Origin: Porphyridium purpureum
Lineage: Eukaryota
Assembly: GCA_008690995.1 (NCBI GenBank)
Contig: VRMN01000006.1
Location: 124,001-188,000 of the forward strand
Length of the DNA stretch: 64,000 nucleotides
Reading direction: 5' to 3'
Position 1 is the stretch's first letter, and each line of letters starts with the position of its first letter. Below the pieces are notes generated by a model. That model had not been told where the DNA came from. It saw only the letters and a program-made list of their open reading frames with translations, and made no database searches. The translations under genes were made by a program, and so were the position numbers. Positions 11,015-21,800 of this stretch are shown one piece after another.

Positions 11015-12607
11015 ATGAGTTTTTCGTTCGGCGGCGGCATGACGCCGGGGCAGAGCGGGGGCTCGCTGTTCGGGGCCCCGATGCAGAGCTCTGGGAGCTT
11101 ATTTGGCGGTGGTGCTGCGGCCGGAACGCCTCAGGGGGCTGGCGGGGGCTTTTCGTTCGGCGCGAGTCCGAGTGGCGCGCGAGGTGGTGTCGGCCCAAGC
11201 CTGTTCGGGGTCAGTACTCCAGGTCAAGGTCAGAATCAGAATCAGAATCAGAATCAGAATCAGAATCAGAATCAGAATCAGAATCAGCCGCAGCAGCAGC
11301 AGCAGCAGCCTGCGGTGTCACCGTTCGGTGGAGCATCCGGGGGATCGCTGTTTGGCGGAGGGTTAGGACTGCAGTCACAACAGCAACCTCAACCGCTCGG
11401 TGGATCGCTCTTTGGCGGAGGCACTGCTCCGACACCCTCGACGTCCTTGTTCGGAGCGCCCTCTCAAGCACCCGCAGCGGGCCAGACGCCAGGCGGCTTT
11501 TTGTTCGGCAGCGCGCCTGGGACGTCGCTCTTTGGCGGATCACCCGCCGGTGGCGGGCCTCAGGGTTCGCCACAGCAGACGCTGCAGTCACCTAGTCTTT
11601 TCGGAACACCCGGTCAACAGCCAGCCGGTTCGCCGTTTGGCGCTCCTGGGTCGACGTCAGCCCTGGGCACTCGATTCGGGCAATCACCCGCGCAGCAGCA
11701 GCAGAACCCAGGGCCCCTTTTCAACCTGGGAGGAGCACCAGGAGCCACTCAACCTTCGTTTGGTACAGGAGCTTTTGGCGGTACTGGAGGTGACTTTGGC
11801 GGGCTCCAGGCGTTTCAGCCTTTGCAACCACAACAACAGCAGCAGCAACAGCTTTATATGCCGCAAAGTATTCAGACCATTTACGATTCGTTCAACCCCC
11901 AAAGCTCATACTTCAGATTTCGACACATGCTGTACAATGTTGTGGAGAAGAGCACTGCGCAATTTTACACCAGGCCGGCAGACTGTGATGAGAAGCTGTG
12001 GCAACAGGCGGTGCAAAGCAATCCGGATGCAAGTCGTATGGTGCCTGTGCAAGTGTGCGGCTTTGACCAGTTGCAAATGAGGGTTGAGCAACAGGACAAT
12101 CGTATCAAACAGCACATGGCCGCTCTCGGGAAAATCAGCGATAATCTAGGCGCGGTGAAGGAGCACGTCAAGCAGGATGCTTCGATCCGAGTGGCCGAGC
12201 TCAGAAGGCGACAGCGTGTACAGTACAGTCGGCTGCTGGCCGCCTGCTGTCGCATTGAACGGCTCGTTGCGAAAAACGCGCCGCTGAGCTCTGACGAAAT
12301 TGCGTTACGTAATCGGCTTCAGTCGATTAAGCGGCAGATGGACACTCCAGTAAGGCTTGTGGATCACTTGGCGGAACTAGAGCTGATCGCCAACGCCGGT
12401 GGATGGAACAGTGCCGAAAACTTGCAAGGCGGTGCAGCGGCCCGCGGGGCGCGCAGCAACGTAAAAGCGCTGGACAAGCGCGCCTTGCATGGTCTGAAGT
12501 CTTACCTTGCAGACGAACTTCGCGGTATTGAAAGCTTGTACGACGAAATGGAATCGAACGCACGGGATCTGAACGTGCTAAGCGCTGCTTTGCTAGAAAT
12601 CAAGTAA
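11015..12607 (+). CDS. NUP54: Nucleoporin Nup54 (FG-repeat)
   Basis: Many SLFG/FG repeats, then the Nup54 core 'FRHMLYN...RPADCDEKLWQQAVQSNPDASRMVPVQVCGFDQLQMR' and coiled coils. Confidence 0.92.
   Translation: MSFSFGGGMTPGQSGGSLFGAPMQSSGSLFGGGAAAGTPQGAGGGFSFGASPSGARGGVGPSLFGVSTPGQGQNQNQNQNQNQNQNQNQNQPQQQQQQPAVSPFGGASGGSLFGGGLGLQSQQQPQPLGGSLFGGGTAPTPSTSLFGAPSQAPAAGQTPGGFLFGSAPGTSLFGGSPAGGGPQGSPQQTLQSPSLFGTPGQQPAGSPFGAPGSTSALGTRFGQSPAQQQQNPGPLFNLGGAPGATQPSFGTGAFGGTGGDFGGLQAFQPLQPQQQQQQQLYMPQSIQTIYDSFNPQSSYFRFRHMLYNVVEKSTAQFYTRPADCDEKLWQQAVQSNPDASRMVPVQVCGFDQLQMRVEQQDNRIKQHMAALGKISDNLGAVKEHVKQDASIRVAELRRRQRVQYSRLLAACCRIERLVAKNAPLSSDEIALRNRLQSIKRQMDTPVRLVDHLAELELIANAGGWNSAENLQGGAAARGARSNVKALDKRALHGLKSYLADELRGIESLYDEMESNARDLNVLSAALLEIK
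11231..11284 (+). repeat. (CAGAAT)9 coding microsatellite encoding (QN)9
   Basis: Perfect hexamer array read directly from the sequence, followed by a CAG run. Confidence 0.95.
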
Positions 12608-12748
12608 TTTTTTTTTCCCCTGTGTAAGAGCGAAGTCTAAGGAGGAAACGCAAAGCTGAAAATGGCCAAGCCTATCAGGGACCAACGCCAGTGCTGCCTT
12701 GACTTGATGTCCGGCTTTCCATCAGTCAGAACGGCTCTGGATTGGGCG

Positions 12749-13741
12749 CTACGCGCACTGACATGACCGCCAGGGTTTCCTGCAAGTGAAGCAGAACTCA
12801 TTCCCGCACTTAGAGACCGTATGATTGCAGCCAAACGAGCGTTCGATGAATCGCCTGCATTTCTCGCACTGCGTCCACTTGAACTTCGACAACAGGCGTT
12901 TGAGCTCAGATTCGGCACCAAGATCTGCGACACACGCTCCACCTGTATTGTGTTGTTCCTGCGCACAGCATGCGCACGTGATTGTCTGACAGGCTCTGCA
13001 GGATATCGCGATGCGGCTGAATGTTTCGTGGCGTTTGTTAAGGAATTTTGAGCAGGATTTGTTCCGACAATAGAGGCGCTCCAGCGTCATCGTCTTGAAC
13101 TCGCGAAGACGCTCCCGAAAATCCGCGAGCTCGCTCAGGTTCAAGAACAGCTTTGCCAGCTCTTCCAAATTCAGGAATGGGACCTGACAGCAGCGCGGAG
13201 GCATCAGCGCCTCGTCGCGTATTGCGCACGCAAAGCGTTCTTTCGAACACGCCCGACAAAGGCGGTGTCCGCAAATTACACCTTCCAGCGCAGCATAGCA
13301 CTCTATGAAACAAATACTGTACTGTAAACGTTTAGGAGCTTCAAGCGTCGCAGTAGAGTCTAAGTTTTTCGGCATCACCATGGCCAGACCGTAGTCACGC
13401 GCTATGGTGTGGTCGCGCGCTGTCATCTGCGCACGCTGCGCCAGTTGCATCACCAGGCGGCGGTCCTGCGCTGCGATCTCTTCCAGTCAGAGGGCCTCAC
13501 GAAGCTCATCCGAATTGCAATCTGTCGAACAGATTCCGTCCGACTGTATCAACTCCTTCTGCAACTCCAGCGCCGCGTCAAAATCGCGCATCTGCTCCGC
13601 GAGCCTGTCATCTGCACATAGTCCGGACAGGCCATCTGTCTTGCGTGCGGTCTGCGAATGCCCACAAACTCCAGCATCCGAGAACACACCGCGCCCGACG
13701 TCACGCGAAGAGGAGCCTCCGTGCTCCTGAAGCCATGACAT
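12749..13741 (-). pseudogene. RBR (RING-IBR-RING) E3 ubiquitin ligase gene interrupted by an in-frame TGA
   Basis: ORFs 13487-13759 and 12749-13453 are in the same frame, separated only by TGA at 13489-13487 (DELREAL*LEEIAAQDRRLV). RING1 'CGHRLCRAC..PPRCC', IBR 'LYCRNKSC', RING2 'QCEKCRRFIERSFGCNH'. Two Zn ligands are substituted. Confidence 0.7.
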
Positions 13742-14211
13742 CTTGCGTATTGCACGCACGCAACCTCAATTTGCTCCCCTGCGAGTCCTTTTTCCCCTGT
13801 CTCACCGTGCTGCGATGCTGCGCGGCAAACGGTACCACCATGCCACGTCCTCGTGGTCGCAGCAGCATGCGGCGGGCGCGCAGCATCTGCACGACGCGAT
13901 TTCCAGGCACACGCTCACGAACCCCCCGCCACTCTATCGACCGCGTGTGACCTGCCACGCTCACGCACCAGTCCCACCGCCTCTGCTGGCGCCACGTGCG
14001 CTGTACACCCACGCTGTACAGTCATAAAGTACACTCGCGCTGTACCGCCCGCTCGAGTGGCGCGAGTCCGTCAACTGAACACCGAGCCACTGAGCCGCCG
14101 CCATGACAGCCGCCTTCCAGCCCACTGCCGCGCATAAGCACAACCCGCGCGCATACAATGCGCGAGATTTTTGCGATTTCTGATGCGGTGGATGAACCGC
14201 GTGCGCCAGTG

Positions 14212-14290
14212 GAGAGAGAGATAGAGAGAGGGAGAGAGAGAGAGAGAGACAAGGAGAGAAGGGAGAGAGAAGGGAGAGAGAAGGGAGAGG
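14212..14290 (+). repeat. GA-rich purine microsatellite just 5' of acyl-CoA oxidase
   Basis: About 80 nt of near-pure GA/GGAGAGAGAA repeats. Confidence 0.9.
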
Positions 14291-14311
14291 GAGGCACCGA
14301 GAGGTAGGTTG

Positions 14312-16258
14312 ATGTGGGAGGATGGACGCGCAATATGTGACGCTGGTGAAAGACCCCGCGGCGACAGGCGCACAGGTGGGGATGCGCGCATTGGCCATGC
14401 CTCGCGCGGTGCTGGACGGCGGCAAGCCGCCCGCGGCATCGCCGCGCCGCAACGCGGCGTGCCGGGCTGGCAGCTGCGCCTGGATGGAAATGAGATGAAG
14501 GAGGTCGTGCTGGGCCATTTCGGGCCGGAGGAGCGCGAGCTCCAGCGGCGCATGTTTGCGTTCATGCAGGACGATTTGTTCAAGCCGCGGTACGGCCTGG
14601 ACGTGTGGTCGTACAGGGAGCTGACGCTTCAGCGTTTGCAGAAGGTCTGCGCACAGGGCTTCATTCATGCCGCTGATGTCACGGCACACCCAAAGCGTTT
14701 CATGGCGGGCATGCAGTGTCTGCATTTTGCGGACTATACCTTGTCTATCAAGGCCGGCGTCCACTTTACGCTGGCGGGTGGCACCATTGCAAAGCTGGGT
14801 ACAAAGTACCACCACGAAACGTTCCTCCCCAAGATCGACTCGCTCGAACTCCCGAGCTGCTACGGCATGACCGAGCTGGGCCACGGCTCCAACGTGATGG
14901 CGATTGAAACCGTCGCCACGTACGACCCAAGCTCTCAGACCTTTGATTTGTTCACGCCAAACAACCTGGCGAGCAAGTTTTGGATTGGCGGCTCGGCGCA
15001 GCACGGAAAGTTGTGCGCCGTGTTCGCACAGTTGCGCATGGGCGACCAGTGGCAAGGCCCGCACGTCTTTTTGGTTCGCATCCGTGATGACGACGGCAAC
15101 CTCATGCCCAACGTGCGCATCAAGGACTGCGGCTCGAAAATGGGTCTGCAGGGTGTGGATAATGGACAGATATGGTTTGATCACGTGAAGGTGCCGCGCG
15201 AGAACATGCTGAACCGCTTGGCCAACGTCTCCCCACAGGGCGAGTACACCAGTCCGCTGAAGAGCGTTGCGCAACGCTTTGGGGCCACAGTGGGAGGCCT
15301 GACCATGGGTCGTTTTTTGATTGCCGCTGCTGCTGTTGACGCGAGCAAGATTGGTCTTATTGTGGCAGTTCGATACAGCTGCATGCGCACCCAATTCAAA
15401 GACAAGAAGATCATGGAGTACGTCACGCACCAGCGCCGGCTCGTGCCGGCCCTGGCAACCACATATGGGCTCGAATTTGCCATGCAGGAGCTCAGTCGCA
15501 TGATGCGAAAATCTCAGACGTCGAAAGAAGTGCACTTTCTGAGCTCAGGCCTCAAGGCGTATGCCACATGGCACCGCGTCAAGACACTGCAGGATTGCCG
15601 TGAGGCCTGCGGTGGGATGGGCTTCTTATCGGAGAACCAGATTGGGCCGATCATGACAGACATGAATGTTGACGTCACATTTGAAGGCGACAACACAGTG
15701 CTCATGCAGCAAGTGGTCAAAGGCATGCTTGCAAGCACCCCAGAGGGCGCCGCGGGCGCTGGCAATGTCACCGGTCCAACGGTGCAGGCGATTGATCAGC
15801 TCGAGCCTTCTCTTTTGGCCCTCCTTCGATGGAGAGAGGCCGTCCTTTTCAAGGAGTTTTTGGCTCTCGGCGGGCGTGAGGCCAAGGCGTTTGACGAGAA
15901 TCTTGATTTGGTACTGAGCATTGGCCGCGCTCACACAGAGCGCCGCATCTTTGAGATTTTCCAGGTTGCTGCCATCGATGTGGCAAACAAACCGGAGATC
16001 AAGGACGCTCTGCTTGCGCTTTGCCATTTGTTTGGCGTGTGGTGCGTGGAGCAGGATCTCTCAACCTTTGTGTCCCGAGGTGGCGTCTCGCGGCAGGCCG
16101 CGCTTGGTGTGCGGGACGTCGTGAACGCGATGTGTGCGTCCGTGTGTGCCGAAGATAACCATGGATTGCTAGCACTGTGCACTGGATTTGGGATTCCCGA
16201 GCAATTTATCACGGCTCCCATCGCCCACAACTGGACTAAGATCAACGCCAAGATGTGA
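14312..16258 (+). CDS. ACX: Peroxisomal acyl-CoA oxidase (start uncertain: 14312, 14322 or 14495)
   Basis: 'GVHFTL..GTI', 'CYGMTELGHGSNV', 'KFWIG', 'KMGLQGVDNG', 'CREACGGMG', 'TFEGDNTVL'. C-terminal PTS1-like AKM. Confidence 0.93.
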   Translation: MWEDGRAICDAGERPRGDRRTGGDARIGHASRGAGRRQAARGIAAPQRGVPGWQLRLDGNEMKEVVLGHFGPEERELQRRMFAFMQDDLFKPRYGLDVWSYRELTLQRLQKVCAQGFIHAADVTAHPKRFMAGMQCLHFADYTLSIKAGVHFTLAGGTIAKLGTKYHHETFLPKIDSLELPSCYGMTELGHGSNVMAIETVATYDPSSQTFDLFTPNNLASKFWIGGSAQHGKLCAVFAQLRMGDQWQGPHVFLVRIRDDDGNLMPNVRIKDCGSKMGLQGVDNGQIWFDHVKVPRENMLNRLANVSPQGEYTSPLKSVAQRFGATVGGLTMGRFLIAAAAVDASKIGLIVAVRYSCMRTQFKDKKIMEYVTHQRRLVPALATTYGLEFAMQELSRMMRKSQTSKEVHFLSSGLKAYATWHRVKTLQDCREACGGMGFLSENQIGPIMTDMNVDVTFEGDNTVLMQQVVKGMLASTPEGAAGAGNVTGPTVQAIDQLEPSLLALLRWREAVLFKEFLALGGREAKAFDENLDLVLSIGRAHTERRIFEIFQVAAIDVANKPEIKDALLALCHLFGVWCVEQDLSTFVSRGGVSRQAALGVRDVVNAMCASVCAEDNHGLLALCTGFGIPEQFITAPIAHNWTKINAKM

Positions 16259-16956
16259 CGAATCGTCCTTCTTCCTTCTTGAATATTCATCTTGCTGCTT
16301 GTCTAGTTTGTGTGACGCATGCACTCTGGACATGCTTCCGGGGCGATGATTAGTCGGGAGTTTGCTTTCCTCCCTTTTTTGGAAATAAATACATCGTCTT
16401 GTGTTCTACATCCCACCTCTGCATTGATCTATATTTCTCACAGAGCCTCAAAGGTGTCGTCTGGAGATTTCAAAGCGCGTAAGGAATGCACATAGTTCTG
16501 AATTCGATGCCGGCAAAAGAGCACATTCTCGAGCATCACAATGACCTCAAGCAATGGCGGAGTGCTCGCGCGATACAGCTACGAAGCTCATGTCCCCAAA
16601 GCAAAGGGATATGCGTGGACACACAACATTCCGGACCCCGAGCGGAACGCACCCGGCACACGGATGTTCTGCCAGACTCTTTCCTTGTCTGACATGCCCT
16701 CGTTCAGTATTGTCCGAGCAGTGTACATCATCTCTGCTTGCGCAGGTTAAATGGCAACTTTGTACGTCGCCGCGATGTTGTCTTCATTGTCATTTGCCGC
16801 CAGGCTCGTCCACACCACACGCAGGCAACGTGCACTTTGCATCCTTGCGTGCCCAGCGGCAAAGTGGACGACGCGGCTCACTGGCTCGCAAGCTTCCAGA
16901 CGGGACGCAAATACAGCGTGCAGATCTTCCGGTTCTAGAAAAGCCTCCGCAACGTT

Positions 16957-17508
16957 TCAAAACATGATCTGGATTAAGCGCGAGCACGTGTCGCACGGCA
17001 GCACGACACCCACCGCATTTCGTTGTGTTCCTGACACGTCGGTGTATACTTCATGAGCCGGCAAGCAGTACATGCCCCCGCAATGACATTCAGTCGACCA
17101 CATCGTGGCAGCCTCCGACTGTTCCATTTCGTGCACACTGCGCACCTCTGCAACGACACCCGAGCTTGCACGGCGCAGCACGTGGTCATACTCCAGTCGC
17201 AACACTGGGTCGCTCAACACGCGATGCGCCGCCAGTACCCGTTCAAAGCGCGCAGCGGCATCGCCGCAATATTGTGCTTCTTCCACGTTCTCAACGTCCT
17301 CCTGTTTCCCGCCGAGAACCACGAGTTCGCTGGCCAGTCCATCCGCGGTCTGACGTTGGTTTCCACCATGCCTCATTGCCGCGCACAACCTCTGCCGCTG
17401 CTTATCCGGATGCAGCCTGAGCGCGAGCTCCAGAAACCGCTTCCGAATCTGCTCATCTGAGGCATCCGCGCTCACCCCCAGCACGTCATAATAACTCTCG
17501 TCGCACAT
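16957..17508 (-). CDS. DPH4: DnaJ + CSL zinc-finger protein DPH4/DNAJC24 (diphthamide biosynthesis)
   Basis: J-domain 'YYDVLGV...LHPDK...LSDPVLRLEYD' plus 'CHCGG...VLPCDTCSRLIQI'. Start placed at MCDESY (17508). Confidence 0.85.
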   Translation of the reverse strand: MCDESYYDVLGVSADASDEQIRKRFLELALRLHPDKQRQRLCAAMRHGGNQRQTADGLASELVVLGGKQEDVENVEEAQYCGDAAARFERVLAAHRVLSDPVLRLEYDHVLRRASSGVVAEVRSVHEMEQSEAATMWSTECHCGGMYCLPAHEVYTDVSGTQRNAVGVVLPCDTCSRLIQIMF

Positions 17509-17884
17509 TCTCCCCACCCATCCCCCTCTCGCCCTCTCCTCCCGCCCTGACAATCCACACCATGTCACACAAAACCCGCGCTGTGCCAAACCCTCGATCT
17601 AACCCAACGCGCCAATTACATCCGGGGTCCAACTGCGATGCGTCATTCCTTGTGTACAGTTCTTGCACCGCACCATCTCTCCGAGCGCACGCGGCCGGGA
17701 AAAGCTGGGGGGCGACCCACATAAACAGCGAACAAGGTACAGCTCGGAACCTCCCCACCCTTTCTATTATCACCATGGTCCCCTTTTTTAGACGAGAGGG
17801 GTATTAAAAAAGTCGATTATTAGTATTCTTGCCCTCTACCCCCTCCTTGACTCCGTGCGCGTTGGGTCGGTCGCCGGGCGTGGC

Positions 17885-17924
17885 GGGTTTTGGGGTTTGG
17901 GGGTTTGGGGGTTTGGGGTTTTGG
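17885..17924 (+). repeat. Telomere-like (G3-5T3-4)n tract, G-quadruplex-capable
   Basis: GGGTTTTGGGGTTTGGGGGTTTGGGGGTTTGGGGTTTTGG read directly from the sequence. Confidence 0.75.
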
Positions 17925-18190
17925 TATGAGACGCCCGCCCCGGCCCCGGCCTTTTAATGAGGAGCTTCGTGGTGGAGTGCAAGTGCAGGAGCGGGGACGC
18001 GGGAGCAAGTGCGGTGTGTGTGTGGGTGCGTGTGTGTGTTTGTGTGGAGAGTCTCGGGTTGGAAAGGGGGTGGGAGGGGAGGGAGGGCACGCGTGCTGCG
18101 GGTGGCGGAGTGCAACGGAGGCTGCGCGGCTGGTGGCTCTGTACTCGGCGCGTGGAGCGGACGTGCTCGGTCGGGCGCTGCGTGCGTTGG

Positions 18191-18220
18191 TGTGCTGTGC
18201 TGTGCTGTGCTGTGCTGTGC
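18191..18220 (+). repeat. (TGTGC)6 pentanucleotide microsatellite
   Basis: Perfect array in the DPH4-LARP intergenic region. Confidence 0.95.
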
Positions 18221-18815
18221 TCACACGCGGCGAGTGCTCTGGAACGGGGAAGATCGACGAGCGCGTCGCGGCCAGGGGGAAAGGGGACGGCGTGGCGACG
18301 GCGATAGGAAGGAGGTCGGGTGCTGTCCTGCTTGGGAGCGTGCTGTGCGCGTGAACGACGCGGCGTGGAAGCGGTTAGCACGCACGTACGTACATACGTG
18401 GGTAGAGCGGCTGCACACAGACACCGCGAGCGAGCTGGGGTTCTCGGGCTAGCCGTCGGTGCTGGTAGCGGAATTGTGGTGATCAAGCGCGTGAACTGGA
18501 AGAGCCTGAGTGAAGCCGGACGAGCTGCGCGGCGTGACCAGTGCAGGACCCATCTTTGCCAGATTTTATTTTTTGAAGCACACGCCTGTGTTAAGGTTAA
18601 GAGTTAGACAGACAGAGCTGGCTCACTCCCAAGTATATTGTCAGTGAAAGAGGGATAGAGCCTTTCTTCCGTAATCGTCACGCTTTGCACTCGTTTCGCA
18701 AAGTGCGTATATTGCGTCCCGACCGGAGGACCTGTTTCTGAAAGAGAGCACTTGTATTCTACTGGGAACTGGGAGCCTGTGCTCTGAGTGAGCCCGGTTG
18801 AGATTTCCTTGCGTC

Positions 18816-21800
18816 ATGGCCTCTATGACGTATGGGGCTGAGCAGCCACCCGCGCCGCAGGCTTCATCCTCATTACGGTCCCAGGACGGGGCCGCGATGC
18901 TTGAAGTGGAACAACAGGGTGAAAATGGCATGCAGGACGCACTTGTCAGGCAGGTAGAGTGGTACCTTGGCCGCGAGAATCTGAGTAGAGACTACTTTTT
19001 GATGCAGCAGATGCGAGAAGACTTTTTCGTGAAATTGGAAATCCTGGCAAATTTTCCCAAGATGAAGCGCATGTACGCCGAGGTAAATGCGGCTTACTTG
19101 GCACAGGCAATCAGACACCGCTCGTCGAACCTGGAACTGGACGAAACGGAAACGCTGGTGCGACCGACGTTCGTCTTGTCAGAGAAGCGGCGATCGAGCA
19201 TTATTCTGCGTGATGTGCCCGCCGGAACGAGTGCGGCTGACATTGAGGCACTATTTGCCACAAACCAGTCGCTCCCGGTCCCTGAATCGATCCGCCCAGA
19301 CGTGGGTGACACATGGTTTGTCACATACGATTCGTACGAGAAGGCCAGGAACGGGTTGGACAGCATCAAGAACTTGTCCATCCATGGCGCGCCCGTGAAG
19401 GCGCGGTTGAAGACCGAAACGATTGTGCGATCGCTGGCGCAGGCGTCGGGACCGGGAATGCCTCAGCAACAGCTGCAACCACCTCTTGTCGCCGGTGGAA
19501 TGATGGGGATGATGCCGGGAATGCCTGGCAGCCATACAATGGGCGCTCACCAGGGCGTGCCGATGCCGCAGCAGCAAATGCCGATGTCTTTTATGGGGCC
19601 TCCACCAATGGGTGCAGGACCACCGCCGATGGGCTTTCCAATTGGGTACGGCTTCCCGCCACCACCTGCCGGGTTCCGCGGCCCTCCCGGCGCGAACCCA
19701 GGTGCTTATCGAGGCGCCCCCTCTCCGAATTATTATGGGATGAATCCGCCCCCGTTTGGAGCGCATCCGAATCAGCCTGGTGGCTTTGACCCTGCGGCGA
19801 TGTCCGGTATGATGGCCGCCGCGCCAGGAATGACGGGGATACCTCCCCACAACCCGCACCAGGTGGTGATGACGCACGGCGGTGGCCCCGGAGGTGGATA
19901 TGTTCAACATCATAGTAACTCGCCTGGTGTCGGGAGCGGAGCCGCAACAACGGCGCACCGTGGCGGTGGGCGAGGTGGTGGTGGCAACAGTGGCGGTGGC
20001 AAGGGCGGCCGCGGGGGTATCACAAGTGTGAATCAGCGCCAGTTTGCGACTGGTGCTGGCGGACCTCTCATGGCTGGTGGTGCTCAACAGGGCGCTCACA
20101 ATCCTCCTGGTGTGGTACCACAGCAAGGACCAAACGCTCTGGCAGGCGTTTTACCAGGCGCACAACAGCAGCTGGCGACGCCTCAGCAGCAGCAAGGCCA
20201 ATATAGGCAGCCGGGGCAGTCCTCCGTAGGCCAAGACCAGCTTGGAGCATCTGGCGCGCAGGCAACCTCGTCTGCAGAGGCTGTATCCAACAAGGATATC
20301 AGTGGAGCAGGTGCATCGCAGTCCTCGTCCATAGCGCCAACGTCATCGGCGGGGATCGTTGTAGGCGCAGGTAGTGTGTCTGTTACGTCTTCTGCGATGG
20401 GCTCTGCACCTGCATCAAGCACGCCTACTGCTGGGCCTCGCAACGGGCAACCCAACCCGTACACGGGAGCGAATGGCTTTCAGTTGAGCAATCTTGGTGC
20501 CCAAGCAAACCGTGGCGGAGGTGATGGCGGGTATACTAAGAACGAGTATGGCGCGTGGACCTCACACGGTAACGCAAGAGGGGGCCGGTACGACAAGAGT
20601 GGCGGAAACAACAGCCATAATGCGAATAACAACGGAAACGCGTCAGGGGGCGGCTCTGCGGGAGGCTCCAACTCTGGCGGCAACACGCACTCGAAGAAGG
20701 GTAAGAAGGGTGGTGCGAAAAAGGATGCGAGCGGAGAGTACAGCAGCGAGCGAGGCGGAAACAGTGATGGGTATGGTCACGGCCATGGTCATCGCAGAAA
20801 AGGGGAAACGGGTGGAAAAGGCGGTATCGGCAACGCCCCACAGGTAGTGCCCCCGCAAAAGCAGGAGGTGAACATTTTGAACCAAAACTTCCCGCCTTTG
20901 GCTGGGAAGGACGGGGTTTCGACGGTTTCCGCAGAAGCGGTCACTCAGCAGTTGGCAGACGAAAAGGCGTCGAAGGACAAAGCCTCATGGGCTGAAAAGT
21001 CAGCTGCGATCCCTCCGACTTCACCTGTACCTGTTTCGTTCATCTCTGCGTCAGACGAACCACCGAAGCGCCAACAGAGTTTGGAAAAGAAGATGAGCAG
21101 TGCGAAATCAGGCAGTGGCGAGCCGGCATCAGATAAGTCGAAGGTCTTGCCTGCAGCAGCCTCCACCTCTGTGACCGCCGCGAGTGCTGAGGAGTCGTCC
21201 GTCAAAGTTGCGCCGCGATCAGCGCCTCTAGCAAACGACCAGACGGGGCAGCAGCCGCAGCCAAAACTACAGACTCCCTCAGTCGGGGCCGGTGGTACGG
21301 AGAGCCCGCAGCCAGCAGGGGCTGGTTCTGCGAGCGTGGGTGCCTCTCCTTCAACACCAGGGCGAAAAGGCGACGCACTGTCTTCTGCTGCCAGTGTCGA
21401 TGATGGTCAGGCAGTTGCGCAAGCGGCGGGCAATTCTGGACGGTCCTATGCCGCTATTTTGCGAGCCGCCAAGAAACCAGTCGTGGAACTTTCAAACGGC
21501 CCGCTACCAGGTGCAGCCGCGAGCACGGCGTTGTCTCCGGCTTCGACAGGGCCACCGTCTCTCTCCGTCAAGAATTTGGGCAATAGCAGTAATAACTTGT
21601 CAGTGTCCATTGCCGAAAGTGCTGGGACGAAAGAAGGCAAAGCTGCGAGTGGAGACGCTCCCAAAGCTGCGGCGGCTAGCTCTTCCGTGAACACTGTAGC
21701 AGAGGCAGGCAGCAACTCACCTGCCGCAAATTCTGGAGAAGCTGCACCGCGCGCCGGGGGGGCTGGCGTGGGATCTCCTGGCGAAGGCAGCGGTGGTAGC

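Noticed and set aside
13487..13489. Selenocysteine interpretation of the in-frame TGA in the RBR gene
   Set aside because: The position lies in a helical non-redox region rather than a Cys site, and no SECIS was recognised.
13961..15535. 524-aa minus-strand ORF
   Set aside because: Antisense shadow of acyl-CoA oxidase produced by GC-rich codon bias. It runs through the GA microsatellite and has no motifs.
16486..16967. Overlapping short plus-strand ORFs between ACX and DPH4
   Set aside because: Convergent 3' region with no homology recognised; likely UTR.
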